64,000 nucleotides of DNA, taken from assembly GCA_050916045.1 (NCBI GenBank), contig CP051526.1, forward strand, positions 1,120,001-1,184,000, written 5' to 3'. Shown piece after piece: positions 1 to 10,172 of the stretch. Position 1 is the first letter of the stretch. Each line of letters starts with the position of its first letter. Under the pieces are notes generated by a model, which saw nothing but the letters and a program-made list of their open reading frames with translations, did not search any database and was not told the origin of the DNA. The translations under genes and the position numbers were made by a program. This DNA comes from Tepidisphaera sp. (GTDB lineage Bacteria; Planctomycetota; Phycisphaerae; Phycisphaerales; UBA1924).

Positions 1-918
1 ATACGCCGCCGCTTCGGACTCCGGGAACTCCGCCGAAAAGACGATCCCCTTCTCCGTCGCGCTCCATTTCCCCCAGTGGGTCTTGAGAGCCGCGAACATC
101 GCGCCCGCGAGCTTGCAGAACTCCGCGTTGGACTCGTTCAACTCCCGCTGCTTGCCCCGCGCCGCCGCTCCGGCTTCAAACCCGGTCAGCACCTCGTGCA
201 TGATCCGCTCGGACGCCTCGGCCGCGACCAAGCGGTTCCCAAGCTCCTTGCGCGCACCGTCGAAAGCCGCTCCGAACTTCTCCGCCCGCACACGCGCCGC
301 ATCAAGCAGCACCACCCGCGCATCCAGATCCTCGACGGTCTTGATGCCCGCGACGCTCATCCCGCCCGCGCGATTGAAAGCGTCAAACGCCATGTTCTGA
401 CCCACCGCCAGTTCATTGAGCTCGCGCGCGAACTTCGAGACCGCCATCGCGACCTGCCGCTCCTTCACGCTCGCATCCTTCGCCGATGACTCAATGGCCT
501 TCGCCGTGCGTTCACCCGCCGCGGCCAGCTTCTCCGTCTCACCAGACCGGACCGCCTCAGCCTGCTGCTCGCGAGCCGCCGCGAACTCCCGAGTCCCCGC
601 CGACGCACGAGCCGGCCCCCCGATCATCTGGTAGACGCCAAAGCCCGACATCAGCAGCGCGGCCGCGCACGCCGTCGCCCGCGCCGCTTTCGTGCTCCGC
701 ACGCCAATCCAGTACGCCGCCACGCCCAGCACAAGCGGCAGGATGAGCGCCGCCGCCGCAGCCCCCGCAACCGCCGGAGCGGCGTACGTCATGTTCGACC
801 CCGAAGACTTGAGCCCGGCGAACTTGGCGTACGCCAAAGCGGCGATCCCCGCCGTGATCGCCACAAAGACGACCGGGCTGTTGCCGAAGATGGGCGGTTT
901 GCTCTGCGGTTGGGACAT
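1..918 (-). CDS. Hypothetical membrane protein, paralogue of the adjacent gene; 3' end runs off the window
   Basis: Not in the ORF track; both ends read by hand in one frame: ATG at 918, MSQPQSKPPIFGNSPVVFVAITAG...YWIGVRSTKAAR... and ...LKTHWGKW...FPESEAAAY at the edge. Motifs match 1043..2113. Confidence 0.8.
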   Translation of the reverse strand, partial: MSQPQSKPPIFGNSPVVFVAITAGIAALAYAKFAGLKSSGSNMTYAAPAVAGAAAAALILPLVLGVAAYWIGVRSTKAARATACAAALLMSGFGVYQMIGGPARASAGTREFAAAREQQAEAVRSGETEKLAAAGERTAKAIESSAKDASVKERQVAMAVSKFARELNELAVGQNMAFDAFNRAGGMSVAGIKTVEDLDARVVLLDAARVRAEKFGAAFDGARKELGNRLVAAEASERIMHEVLTGFEAGAAARGKQRELNESNAEFCKLAGAMFAALKTHWGKWSATEKGIVFSAEFPESEAAAY

Positions 919-1042
919 CGCTTGCTCCGAAGGGTGGCGGATAACTCCGCGGCACGCCGCGGTACCGATCGGTCATCGAACGACGCGATCCGCCACTTCA
1001 GACCAAGTGCGTGAGATGTCGCAAATCACCCCGGCGATCGCA

Positions 1043-2113
1043 TCAACGCTTCGGAGCCGCCGCACGCTCCGCCAGACTGTCCGCGATGTCGCTGGTCAGC
1101 GTGTCCTGCTCGGCGATCTGCTCATCCAAGCGGACCGCGGCCTGGTTGTACGCTTCGATGTCCGCGTCGGGAACCTTCTCCTCGAACGCGACCTCGTCCC
1201 CCTGCATCTCCCACTCGCCCCAGTGCTTCTTGAGCATCGTGAGCATCGACTTCATCGTGCCGCAGCACTCGACGTTGGAAGCGTTCAACTTCGCCTGCTT
1301 GGCGCGGACCTTCGCATTGGACCGAAACCCGTTCATCACCGAGCTCACCATCTGTGGCGATACGCTCGCGGCGCGGAGCGCGTCCTTTGCCTTGGTCTCA
1401 AACCCGTCGAACTCCTTCTGGTACGTGATCGCCGCGTCAAGCGTCGTCTGAAGCTGGGCAAGCCGAGCCTCGATGTCCGCTTCGGACGTGATCGTCGCCG
1501 GGTCCACCCCGCCGAGCGTCCCAAGCTTCTCGAACGCTTCGTTCTGGGCGATCGCCAGCCCGTTCAGCTCTCGTCCGAGCGAAGCCATCGTCGTCGCGAC
1601 CGCTTTGAGCTCCGGCGTGTCCTCTCCCATCTTCTCGATCACCGCAAGCGACCGATCGCTCGCGTCCGCGATCTTGTCCGTGTCGCCCGAGCGGATCGCC
1701 CGGGCCTGCTCGTTCCGCGCCGCGTTGAGCTCGTCCGTGAAGTCCTTCTGGCTCGCGACGCGCGCTCGCTGACGTTCCACCACGACCCGGCTGACATGGC
1801 CCATGGAGACAAACACCGCCACCACGCACGCGGTGATCCGCGCCGCTTTCGTGCTCCTCAAGCCAAGCCAGTACGCGATCCACCCCAGGAGCAGCGGGAA
1901 CAGGATCGCTCCGATCACCACGCCGATCATCGCGCCCATCGAATAAGCCGACGCAAGCTCCGGGCTCCGAGCCTGCCGCTGCGTCCCGATGATCAGGTTC
2001 GCCGCCACCCCGAGGCCCACGGCCAAGAGCAAGCACGCCAAAACGGCCATGCTGTTGCCGAAGACCGGGGGTTTGGCAGGTTTGGACGCGGGAGACGGCT
2101 CGGGAATAGACAT
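1043..2113 (-). CDS. Hypothetical membrane protein (about 3 N-terminal TM helices, helical soluble domain)
   Basis: 356-aa ORF with hydrophobic N-terminus; TATTCT -10-like hexamer 7 nt before the ATG. Confidence 0.8.
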   Translation of the reverse strand: MSIPEPSPASKPAKPPVFGNSMAVLACLLLAVGLGVAANLIIGTQRQARSPELASAYSMGAMIGVVIGAILFPLLLGWIAYWLGLRSTKAARITACVVAVFVSMGHVSRVVVERQRARVASQKDFTDELNAARNEQARAIRSGDTDKIADASDRSLAVIEKMGEDTPELKAVATTMASLGRELNGLAIAQNEAFEKLGTLGGVDPATITSEADIEARLAQLQTTLDAAITYQKEFDGFETKAKDALRAASVSPQMVSSVMNGFRSNAKVRAKQAKLNASNVECCGTMKSMLTMLKKHWGEWEMQGDEVAFEEKVPDADIEAYNQAAVRLDEQIAEQDTLTSDIADSLAERAAAPKR

Positions 2114-2266
2114 GGGGAGGAGAATAACCGGTCATCGGCTCGCAGCCAACCCCGACCCCGCCGATGGCCGCCGAAACCCAAGCCAGCACGGCCACAGAGA
2201 GGCCCGGCCCCGACCCCCCATACCTTTCCCGCTCTTATTCCGCCCGCCTCTCAGGAACCGCTCCCC

Positions 2267-5161
2267 ATGTCCCTCCAGTGGCCCGTCGCCAAAGTCCGCC
2301 AGTCCTTCCTTGACTTCTTCTGCAAGAAGCATGGTCACACCTTCATCCCCTCCTCCCCCGTCGTCCCCCACGAGGACCCCACCCTCCTCTTCACCAACGC
2401 CGGGATGAACCAGTTCAAGCCGATCTTCCTCGGCCAGGCCCCGGCCGACAGCCCCCTCGGCAAGCTCCGCCGCGCCGCCAACAGCCAGAAGTGCATCCGC
2501 GCCGGCGGCAAGCACAACGACCTCGAAGACGTCGGCAAGGACACCTACCACCACACCTTCTTCGAAATGCTCGGCAACTGGTCCTTCGCCGACTACTTCA
2601 AAAAGGAAGCCATCGACTGGTCCTGGGAGCTCCTCACCCAGGTCTACGGCATCCCCGCAGACCGCCTCTACGCCACCTACTTCGAAGGCCACGCCGCAAG
2701 CGGCATCAAGCCCGACGAAGAGACCCGCGAACTCTGGCTTAAGTACCTCCCCAACAACCGCATCATCCCCGGCAACATGAAGGACAACTTCTGGGAGATG
2801 GGCGAGACCGGACCCTGCGGCCCCTGCACCGAGATCCACGTCGACCGCATCGGCGGCCGCAACGCCGCGCCCATGGTCAACCAAAGCGACCCCAACGTCA
2901 TCGAAATCTGGAACAACGTCTTCATCCAGTTCGAACGCCTCGCCGACCGCTCGCTCCGCCCCCTCCCCGGCAAGCACGTCGACACCGGCATGGGCCTCGA
3001 GCGCGTCACCTCGATCTTGCAGGGCAAGTTCAGCAACTACGACACCGACACCTTCTCAGGGATCTTCCGCGCCATCGAAGAGATCACCGGCGCCCGGGCG
3101 TACATGGGCCGCTTGGGCGATGAAGACCCCGAGAACATCGACACCGCCTACCGCGTCATCGCGGACCACATCCGCACGCTCACCTTCGCGCTGACGGACG
3201 GGGCTTTGCCCAGCAACGTCGGCCGCGGGTACGTCCTCCGCCGAATCCTGCGTCGCGCCGTCCGCTACGGCCGCCAGATGCTCGGTGCCAAGACCGGCTT
3301 CTTCAACCGCCTCGTGCCCGTCGTCGTCGACGAGATGAAGGTCGCCTTCCCCGAGCTCGCGAAGAACCCGTCCAAGGTCGCGGACATCATCCGCGACGAG
3401 GAAGAGAGCTTCGGCAAGACGCTCGACCGCGGCATCAAGATCTTCGCCGACCTCGCCGGTGACCTCGGCCGCGCGAAGAAGACGGTCGTGAGCGGCGCGG
3501 ACGCGTTCAAGCTCTACGACACCTTCGGCTTCCCCGTCGACCTCACGGCCCTCATGGCTTCCGAAAAGGGCCTCACCGTCGACATGGACGGGTACGAAGC
3601 CGAACGCAAGAAAGCCGAGGAACTCAGCAAGTCCGGCGGCAAGTCCGCCGAAACCCACGGCCAGGCCCGCCCGACGCTCGACGGCGACGCCGTCGCCAAG
3701 CTCAAGCACCAGAACGTCCAGCCCACCGATGACGTCTACAAGTTCGACGACCGCATGATCTCCGCCCATGTCCGCGCCGTCTGGAACGGCACCGACTTCG
3801 ACGATTCCGCCAAAGCCGGCATGGGCAAGCTCGTCGGCCTCGTGCTCGACCGCACGAACTTCTACGCCGAAATGGGCGGCCAGGAAGCCGACCACGGACG
3901 CATCCTCGACGTCAAGGGCGGGTCCTCAAGCGGCGGCGAGTTCCGCGTCCTCCACGTCTCCACCCACGGCGGGTTCGTCCTCCACGTCGGACAGGTCATC
4001 AGCGGGGATTTCAAGGTCGGCGAAGCCGTCGAACTGCACGTCGACAAGCACCGCCGCTCCGCGATCGAAAGCAACCACACCGCCACGCACCTCATGAACT
4101 TCGCGCTCCGCAAGGTCCTCGGCGACCATGTCGACCAGAAGGGCTCCCTCGTCACGCCCGAACGCTTGCGGTTTGACTTCAGCCACACCGGCCCCGTGAC
4201 CGCCGTCGAAGCCGCGACGGTCGACCAGATCGTGAGCGAGCAGATCGCCCGCGACCTCACCGTGTACGCCCAGCCCGCCGACCTCGCGACCGCGAAGAAG
4301 ATCACCGGCGTCCGCGCCGTCTTCGGCGAGACCTACCCCGATCCGGTCCGCGTCGTCTCCATCGGCCAGCCCGTGATGGACCTCACGCACGGGCCCGAAA
4401 GCCCGATGTGGGCCGAGCTTTCAATCGAGTTCTGCGGCGGGACGCACGTCCCATCGACCAAGTCGATCGCGGCGTTCACGGTTGTCTCGGAGGAAGCCGT
4501 CGCCAAGGGCGTCCGCCGCCTCACCGCGCTCACGGGCGAAGCCGCTCGCGGCGCGATCGGCGCCGGCAAGCTGATGCGCGAACGCGTCCAGCAAGCCGCC
4601 AAGTTCCCCGACGACCAGCTCGGTCCGGTCCTCAACGAGATCACCCAGGCGACCGAAGCTTCCACCATGCCCGTGGCCCACAAAGCCGAGATCCGCCAGG
4701 AAATCGCCAAGCTCCAGGAACGCGTGAAAGCCGCCGCGAAAGCGGCCGGCGCAGCCAAACGCGACTCGGCCGTCCGCGAAGCCAAGGTCATCGCCGAGTC
4801 CGCTTGCAACTCGGGCGACCCCGTCATCGTCGCCACCGTCGACGCCGGCGAGGATCGCCAGGCTCTCCAAGCCGCGGTGCAAGCCGTCGTCGACATCTGC
4901 CCCCGCGCGGCCATCATGCTCATGTCGATCGTCGAACCTTCGGGTGGCGAAGCCGGCAAGGTCGCCATCATGTGCCAGGTCCCCGCCGCGATGCAGCAGA
5001 AGGGCCTCAAAGCCGGCGACTGGCTCCGCGAAACCGCGGCGATCGTCGGCGGCAAAGGCGGCGGCAAACCCGACAGCGCCCAAGGCGGCGGCACCGACAC
5101 CACGAAGGTCCGCGAAGCGGTCACGTTCGCGAGGACGAACGCCCTGGCGAAGGTGATGTAG
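2267..5161 (+). CDS. alaS: Alanine--tRNA ligase
   Basis: DPTLLFTNAGMNQFK, HHTFFEMLGNWSF, DTGMGLER, editing motifs HTATH and EFCGGTH, C-terminal GKGGG. Start trimmed to ATG 2267. Confidence 0.98.
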   Translation: MSLQWPVAKVRQSFLDFFCKKHGHTFIPSSPVVPHEDPTLLFTNAGMNQFKPIFLGQAPADSPLGKLRRAANSQKCIRAGGKHNDLEDVGKDTYHHTFFEMLGNWSFADYFKKEAIDWSWELLTQVYGIPADRLYATYFEGHAASGIKPDEETRELWLKYLPNNRIIPGNMKDNFWEMGETGPCGPCTEIHVDRIGGRNAAPMVNQSDPNVIEIWNNVFIQFERLADRSLRPLPGKHVDTGMGLERVTSILQGKFSNYDTDTFSGIFRAIEEITGARAYMGRLGDEDPENIDTAYRVIADHIRTLTFALTDGALPSNVGRGYVLRRILRRAVRYGRQMLGAKTGFFNRLVPVVVDEMKVAFPELAKNPSKVADIIRDEEESFGKTLDRGIKIFADLAGDLGRAKKTVVSGADAFKLYDTFGFPVDLTALMASEKGLTVDMDGYEAERKKAEELSKSGGKSAETHGQARPTLDGDAVAKLKHQNVQPTDDVYKFDDRMISAHVRAVWNGTDFDDSAKAGMGKLVGLVLDRTNFYAEMGGQEADHGRILDVKGGSSSGGEFRVLHVSTHGGFVLHVGQVISGDFKVGEAVELHVDKHRRSAIESNHTATHLMNFALRKVLGDHVDQKGSLVTPERLRFDFSHTGPVTAVEAATVDQIVSEQIARDLTVYAQPADLATAKKITGVRAVFGETYPDPVRVVSIGQPVMDLTHGPESPMWAELSIEFCGGTHVPSTKSIAAFTVVSEEAVAKGVRRLTALTGEAARGAIGAGKLMRERVQQAAKFPDDQLGPVLNEITQATEASTMPVAHKAEIRQEIAKLQERVKAAAKAAGAAKRDSAVREAKVIAESACNSGDPVIVATVDAGEDRQALQAAVQAVVDICPRAAIMLMSIVEPSGGEAGKVAIMCQVPAAMQQKGLKAGDWLRETAAIVGGKGGGKPDSAQGGGTDTTKVREAVTFARTNALAKVM

Positions 5162-5190
5162 AAGTCACGAAGTGGCGGAAAGCTTGGCCG

Positions 5191-5562
5191 TCACGCTTTC
5201 TTGACGAACTCGGACTTGAGCTGCATGGCACCGATGCCCTCGATGCGGCAGTCGATGTCGTGGTCGCCGTCGACCAAGCGGATGTTCTTGACCTTGGTGC
5301 CGCCCTTGACGACCAGCGAGGACCCTTTGACCTTGAGGTCCTTGATCACGATGACGGTGTCGCCGGTCGCGAGCGGGTTCCCGTTCGCGTCGCGGACGGT
5401 GGTGTCTTCCGCGGGATCCTCCGTGGCGCCAACGGCGGGGGCCGGCGCGGTGGTGGGGGCGTCCGGGTTCCACTCGTGCGAGCAGGCGGGGCAGACCATC
5501 AGCGCCCCGTCGCGGTACGTGTAGTCGGCTTGACACTTGGGGCACGCGGGCGAATGGGGCAT
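5191..5562 (-). CDS. yjdM: YjdM/PhnA-family zinc-ribbon protein
   Basis: CPKC...CPACSHEW zinc ribbon, then [23 protein letters not shown] and the LKSEFVKKA terminus. Confidence 0.9.
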   Translation of the reverse strand: MPHSPACPKCQADYTYRDGALMVCPACSHEWNPDAPTTAPAPAVGATEDPAEDTTVRDANGNPLATGDTVIVIKDLKVKGSSLVVKGGTKVKNIRLVDGDHDIDCRIEGIGAMQLKSEFVKKA

Positions 5563-5684
5563 GGGGAGAGGTTAGCGGCATTGACTTCACGAAGGGTCGC
5601 CGTTCCGGGGCTGTGAATGCTCGGCGACGGCGGGTCTCGGCCTGAACACGCTTGGCCGGGGGTGAACTGATAGACTCCCGCCCC

Positions 5685-8420
5685 ATGAATCCCGCCGCCA
5701 TCGGCCCATACACGATCGAGCGAGAACTCGGCCGCGGCGGCATGGGGGAGGTCTTTCTTGCCCGCGACACGCGGCTTGATCGTCAGGTCGCCATCAAAGC
5801 GATGCCGGCCCACCTCGCGCAGGACGCCGACCGGCTCGCTCGCTTCCAGCGTGAAGCGAAAGTGCTCGCGTCGCTGAGCCATCCGGGCATCGGCGCGATC
5901 TACGGGCTCGAAGAGGTCGCGGGGCACCAGTACCTGATCCTGGAGTTCATCGAGGGGGAGACGCTCGCCGATCGCCTCGCAAGCGGGGCCCTGCCCATCC
6001 ACGAGGCGTTGTCGCTCGCCAAGCAGATCGCCGAAGCGCTCGAAGCCGCCCATGAGAAGGGGATCGTCCACCGCGATCTCAAGCCCGCGAACGTCATGGT
6101 GACCTCGGACGGCGCGGTCAAGGTGCTGGACTTCGGCTTGGCCCGCACGGAAGAGCCGTCAGCGCCGACGGGCGCGATGCAGGTGCTCCCTGATTCGCCG
6201 ACCGTCGCCGTGCCCGCACGCCAGTCGCCGGCCCACTCGCCGACCATTCCCGGCGTGATCATGGGCACCGCGGGGTACATGAGCCCCGAGCAAGCACGCG
6301 GCAAACCCGTCGACAAGCGGTCGGACATCTTCTCGTTCGGGTGCGTGCTGTTCGAGATGCTGACGGGCGCAAGGCCGTTCCGCGGCGAGACCGTGGCCGA
6401 TGCGCTGGGCGCGACGCTGCACAAGGAACTCGACTTTGGCCTGCTGCCTCACGCGACGCCGCGCCGGGTGCGGGAACTCCTGACGAACTGCCTCGCCAAG
6501 GACCGCAAGCAGCGGCTGCAAGACATCGGCGATGCACGGCTCGAACTCGAACGGGCCAACCTGGAGCCGCGCGAGCCCACCCACGCCCCCGCCGCCGCGA
6601 CGCCCTGGTGGCGATCGGCCGGCGTGCTCGCCACCGTCTCGCTGGCCGCGCTGGCGGTTGTGGCCACGGCGGCGCTGCTGCGGCCTTGGCGTGCAGCGAG
6701 CACAAGCGAGCAAAGGGTCCTCCGCGCGGCTCTGACCCTTCCCAAGGGGATGACGCTGCTTGAAGGGTTGCGGGCGGTTTCCATCTCCCCGGACGGGACG
6801 CAAGCTCTGCTCTCGCTGTTTGCGAAGGATGGATCATCGCCCCCGTCGCTGTTCCTGCGCGACCTCTCGCGGCTTGAGTTCCGTCCGCTGGCGGGCACCG
6901 AGGGGGCGTCGCAACCGTTCTGGTCCCCCGACGGCACATCCATCGCGTTCTTCGCAGCCGGCAAGCTCAAACGCCTCGATCTCGCCGATGGCATCGTCCG
7001 CGTGCTCTGCGACGCTCCGGTCGGGCGCGGCGGGTGCTGGGGAAGCAAGGGCACCATCGTCTTTGCCCCAAGCGCCGGCGGTGGACTCTCGATCGTGAGC
7101 GATGCCGGCGGCACGCCAACTCCCATCACCACGTCCGCGACGCCCGGCGAGTCGCACCGCGTGCCCCAGATGCTCCCCGACGGCGAGCGGTTTCTCTACG
7201 TCGTCAACAACAGCACGGCCCCGGGCGTCTACGCGTACGACCCCTCGGCCAAGGAGCCAAAGCTGCTCATCGCCGGGAAGGACTCGACCGAAGCGATCTT
7301 TGTCGAGCCCGGAATGCTCGTCTTCGCACGCGATGAGAACCTCTTGGTGCAGCCCTTTGATGTGCAGCGCCTGGAACTCACCGGCTCCGCCCGGCCGATC
7401 GCGGGTGATGTGCAGTACGACAAGAGGCGAGCGTTCATCAACGCAGGGGTGTCGCCACGCGGCACGTTGATCTACCAGGTGGTCAATCCGCCGACCCGGT
7501 ACAAACTCGCGTGGATGGACCGAAAGGGCGAGCAGACCCCGCTGCCCGCCGAGCCGGCGGCCTTCCGCTCCGCGTTCGCTTCGCTCACCAAGGACGCTCG
7601 CCGCGCCGTCATCGAGATCACGGGCAGCCGCGGCGAGTCGTCCGTTGCGATCATTGATCTGGATCGAGGCATCGTGGTGCCCGTGGGTGATCCAAAGGCC
7701 TCGTTCAACTACGGCGGGCTGTGGGCGCCCGGAGAGCAAAGCGTCATCATCGGGACGGACTTGATCCCCGGGATTCAGTCCATCGCGAGTTTCCCGATCA
7801 ACGGCGGGCCCGGCACGCCTGTCGTCAAGGGCGAGTACGGCTTCGAGTATTGGGCAACGACGTTCTCACTCGACGGCAGGACGATGCTGTTCACCCGGGC
7901 CTCGATGATCGACAAACTTCCCGACATCATGACCGTGGACCTTGGCAAGGACCAGCCCGCCACCCGGTTCATGCAGACGCCCGATGGGGAGTGGAACCCG
8001 CGACTCTCGCCCGACGGCGATATCGTCGCGTACGCCGTCTCGGCTGAAGATGACGCGAGCGCCGTGCTGAAAGTCGTCACGTACCCGACACCCTTCGCAC
8101 CGGTCCAGGTCTCGGCCACTCCGGTCACGCTCACCTCGGGTCTGTGGGTCGGTCCGACCGAGTTGTCGTGGGTGGACACGTCGCGACGGGCCTGGAGCTC
8201 GACGATCACGGCGAAAGATGGTCGTCTCGACGTCGGGGTGCCCAAACCGATGTTTGGCGGCACGCCGCTGGATACGCAGATCGGCCTCCTCGACTACGAC
8301 ATCCCGCGCGAGCGTTTCCTGATCGCCATCGTGGACGAGCCCCGCGAAGACCCGCGGCTCATCATCGTGAGCGACTGGCGATCGGATGTCGCGGGCACGC
8401 GAACGGTACCGAAGAAATAG
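5685..8420 (+). CDS. Hanks-type Ser/Thr kinase with TM helix and TolB/PD40-like beta-propeller
   Basis: LGRGGMGEV, VAIK, HRDLKPAN, DFGLA, YMSPEQ; central hydrophobic segment; repeated SPDG motifs. Confidence 0.93.
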   Translation: MNPAAIGPYTIERELGRGGMGEVFLARDTRLDRQVAIKAMPAHLAQDADRLARFQREAKVLASLSHPGIGAIYGLEEVAGHQYLILEFIEGETLADRLASGALPIHEALSLAKQIAEALEAAHEKGIVHRDLKPANVMVTSDGAVKVLDFGLARTEEPSAPTGAMQVLPDSPTVAVPARQSPAHSPTIPGVIMGTAGYMSPEQARGKPVDKRSDIFSFGCVLFEMLTGARPFRGETVADALGATLHKELDFGLLPHATPRRVRELLTNCLAKDRKQRLQDIGDARLELERANLEPREPTHAPAAATPWWRSAGVLATVSLAALAVVATAALLRPWRAASTSEQRVLRAALTLPKGMTLLEGLRAVSISPDGTQALLSLFAKDGSSPPSLFLRDLSRLEFRPLAGTEGASQPFWSPDGTSIAFFAAGKLKRLDLADGIVRVLCDAPVGRGGCWGSKGTIVFAPSAGGGLSIVSDAGGTPTPITTSATPGESHRVPQMLPDGERFLYVVNNSTAPGVYAYDPSAKEPKLLIAGKDSTEAIFVEPGMLVFARDENLLVQPFDVQRLELTGSARPIAGDVQYDKRRAFINAGVSPRGTLIYQVVNPPTRYKLAWMDRKGEQTPLPAEPAAFRSAFASLTKDARRAVIEITGSRGESSVAIIDLDRGIVVPVGDPKASFNYGGLWAPGEQSVIIGTDLIPGIQSIASFPINGGPGTPVVKGEYGFEYWATTFSLDGRTMLFTRASMIDKLPDIMTVDLGKDQPATRFMQTPDGEWNPRLSPDGDIVAYAVSAEDDASAVLKVVTYPTPFAPVQVSATPVTLTSGLWVGPTELSWVDTSRRAWSSTITAKDGRLDVGVPKPMFGGTPLDTQIGLLDYDIPRERFLIAIVDEPREDPRLIIVSDWRSDVAGTRTVPKK

Positions 8421-8711
8421 TCGTCCGCATGCGCACGGCGTGCGATTTGCGTTTCCCGGCCCGTGGATGCCTCTCGCGGCCGCCGGTCCGGGCAAGGTTC
8501 AGAAGCTCCAAGTGCACCCGACGGACGCGTCAAGATCGATCGTGGCGTAAGTCGCCTTCCTGGCGCACGCTTTCGGTGGTTACACCGGCTGTCGTGTCCG
8601 GCGTGACGTGACCAGACCTGACGTGGCGTGACGATGAGGGTGCGGTCAGTTGATGGGGACGCTTCGCCGCTTCTCCCTTTCTGGCGCTGCGGGCTCGTTC
8701 ACGGCGGTCGT

Positions 8712-10157
8712 TTACACCACGATGTCGACGGTGGCACCGCTTTGGCCGGGGGCGAGGGTGTGCTCGTGGGTGCCTTCGCGGGTGCAGAGGTCGCGGAGGT
8801 GTTTCACAACCGCTCCGAATTCGCCGCGGATCGGGGCGGTGAAGCGGTGCTTCTGCTCGGTCACAGGGTGCGTGATGCCGAGGATGGCGGCGTGGAGGGC
8901 TTGGCGTTCGAGGGACACTTTGGAGCCATCCTTCGCGGACATCAGGAACGGCTTGCCGCCGTACATGTCATCGCCGACGATCGGCCAGCCCAGGTGGGAG
9001 AGGTGGACGCGGATCTGGTGCGTGCGGCCGGTTTTGAGTTCGAGCTCGACGAGCGAATAGCAGTCCGAGCGGATGCCGCCGGTGTTGCGGGGGGTGCGCG
9101 AAATGGGGTTCCAGCCTTCGGCGACATCGGGGAGCGGCGGGGCGACGTCGGGACGCGGCGTGAGGGAGAAGCGTTCGCGCACGCGGCAGATGGTGGTCGC
9201 GGGCTTGCCGCCTTCGTCGTGGCGGACGACCTGGCGTTCGCGGAGGCCTCGCTCGCGGGATGGGTGCGGGCCGAGGGGGAACTCGATGGTCTGGACGACG
9301 GGCTCGACCCAGCCGTGGACGAGGGCGAGGTAGCGTTTGTCGACGCGGCGGTGTTCGAACTGGTGGCCGAGCTTCCAGTGGGCTTCGTCTTGTTTGGCGA
9401 AGACGATGCAGCCGGAGGTGTCGCGGTCGAGGCGGTGGACGACGCCGGGGCGGGCGAACTCTTCGCCGACGCCGGAGAGGGCGCCGCCGCCCCCACCCAT
9501 GAGCTTGCTTTTGTTCTTGAAGTGCCAAGCGAGGGCGTTGATGAGCGTGCCGGAGAGGTGTGATCGAGCGGGGTGGACGATGATGTCGGGCTGCTTGTTG
9601 AGGACGATCATGAACTCATCCTCGTAGAGGATGTCGATCGCGATCTCTTCGGGGACGGCGCCGCGGGCGGTGGGCGGCGGGACGACGACGCGGACGACGT
9701 CGCCGAGGCCGACTTTGTGCGAGGCTTTCGCGGGCTTGCCGTTGACGAGGACTTCGCCCTCGTCGATGAGCTTCTGGAGCCGGTTGCGGCTCATGAAGGT
9801 GATGCGGTCGGTGAGGTACTTGTCGAGGCGTTTGCCCAGGTCGCGTTGGAGGGTGAACTCGACGGTGCGGAGGCCTTCGGTCTCATCTTCGGCGGTGTCT
9901 TCACCGGCATCTTGGCCGGCTTGTTCGATGGCGGCGAGGATGGCTTCGGGGTCGACCTTGCCGCCGCGGAGGATGAGGGAGCGTGAGGGACCGCCGGAAG
10001 CCGTGACACCACCGACCGAGACGGATTCATCGGCATCGCTTGGCGCGACGGGGTCGGCGTGCGGTGTGGGCGGAGCGGACGGGACCTCTCGGGATGGCTT
10101 CCGAGGGTCGGCGGGCTTGCGCGGGGGTTGGCGCGGGGGTTGGGAGCGGTCACGCAT
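8712..10157 (-). CDS. rluD: RluA/RluD-family pseudouridine synthase with S4 domain
   Basis: RLDKYL S4 motif, VHRLDRDTSG, TGRTHQIRVH, RQALHA; disordered N-terminal extension. Confidence 0.9.
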   Translation of the reverse strand: MRDRSQPPRQPPRKPADPRKPSREVPSAPPTPHADPVAPSDADESVSVGGVTASGGPSRSLILRGGKVDPEAILAAIEQAGQDAGEDTAEDETEGLRTVEFTLQRDLGKRLDKYLTDRITFMSRNRLQKLIDEGEVLVNGKPAKASHKVGLGDVVRVVVPPPTARGAVPEEIAIDILYEDEFMIVLNKQPDIIVHPARSHLSGTLINALAWHFKNKSKLMGGGGGALSGVGEEFARPGVVHRLDRDTSGCIVFAKQDEAHWKLGHQFEHRRVDKRYLALVHGWVEPVVQTIEFPLGPHPSRERGLRERQVVRHDEGGKPATTICRVRERFSLTPRPDVAPPLPDVAEGWNPISRTPRNTGGIRSDCYSLVELELKTGRTHQIRVHLSHLGWPIVGDDMYGGKPFLMSAKDGSKVSLERQALHAAILGITHPVTEQKHRFTAPIRGEFGAVVKHLRDLCTREGTHEHTLAPGQSGATVDIVV

Positions 10158-10172
10158 GGCGGTCGGGGCCGC

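Noticed and set aside
692..2266. 525-aa N-terminal extension of the alaS ORF
   Set aside because: Antisense shadow of the two real minus-strand genes; AlaRS similarity begins at ATG 2267.
5191..5562. PhnA/YjdM as part of the phosphonate pathway
   Set aside because: The name is historical, the family is not the phosphonoacetate hydrolase, and it lies 25 kb from the locus.
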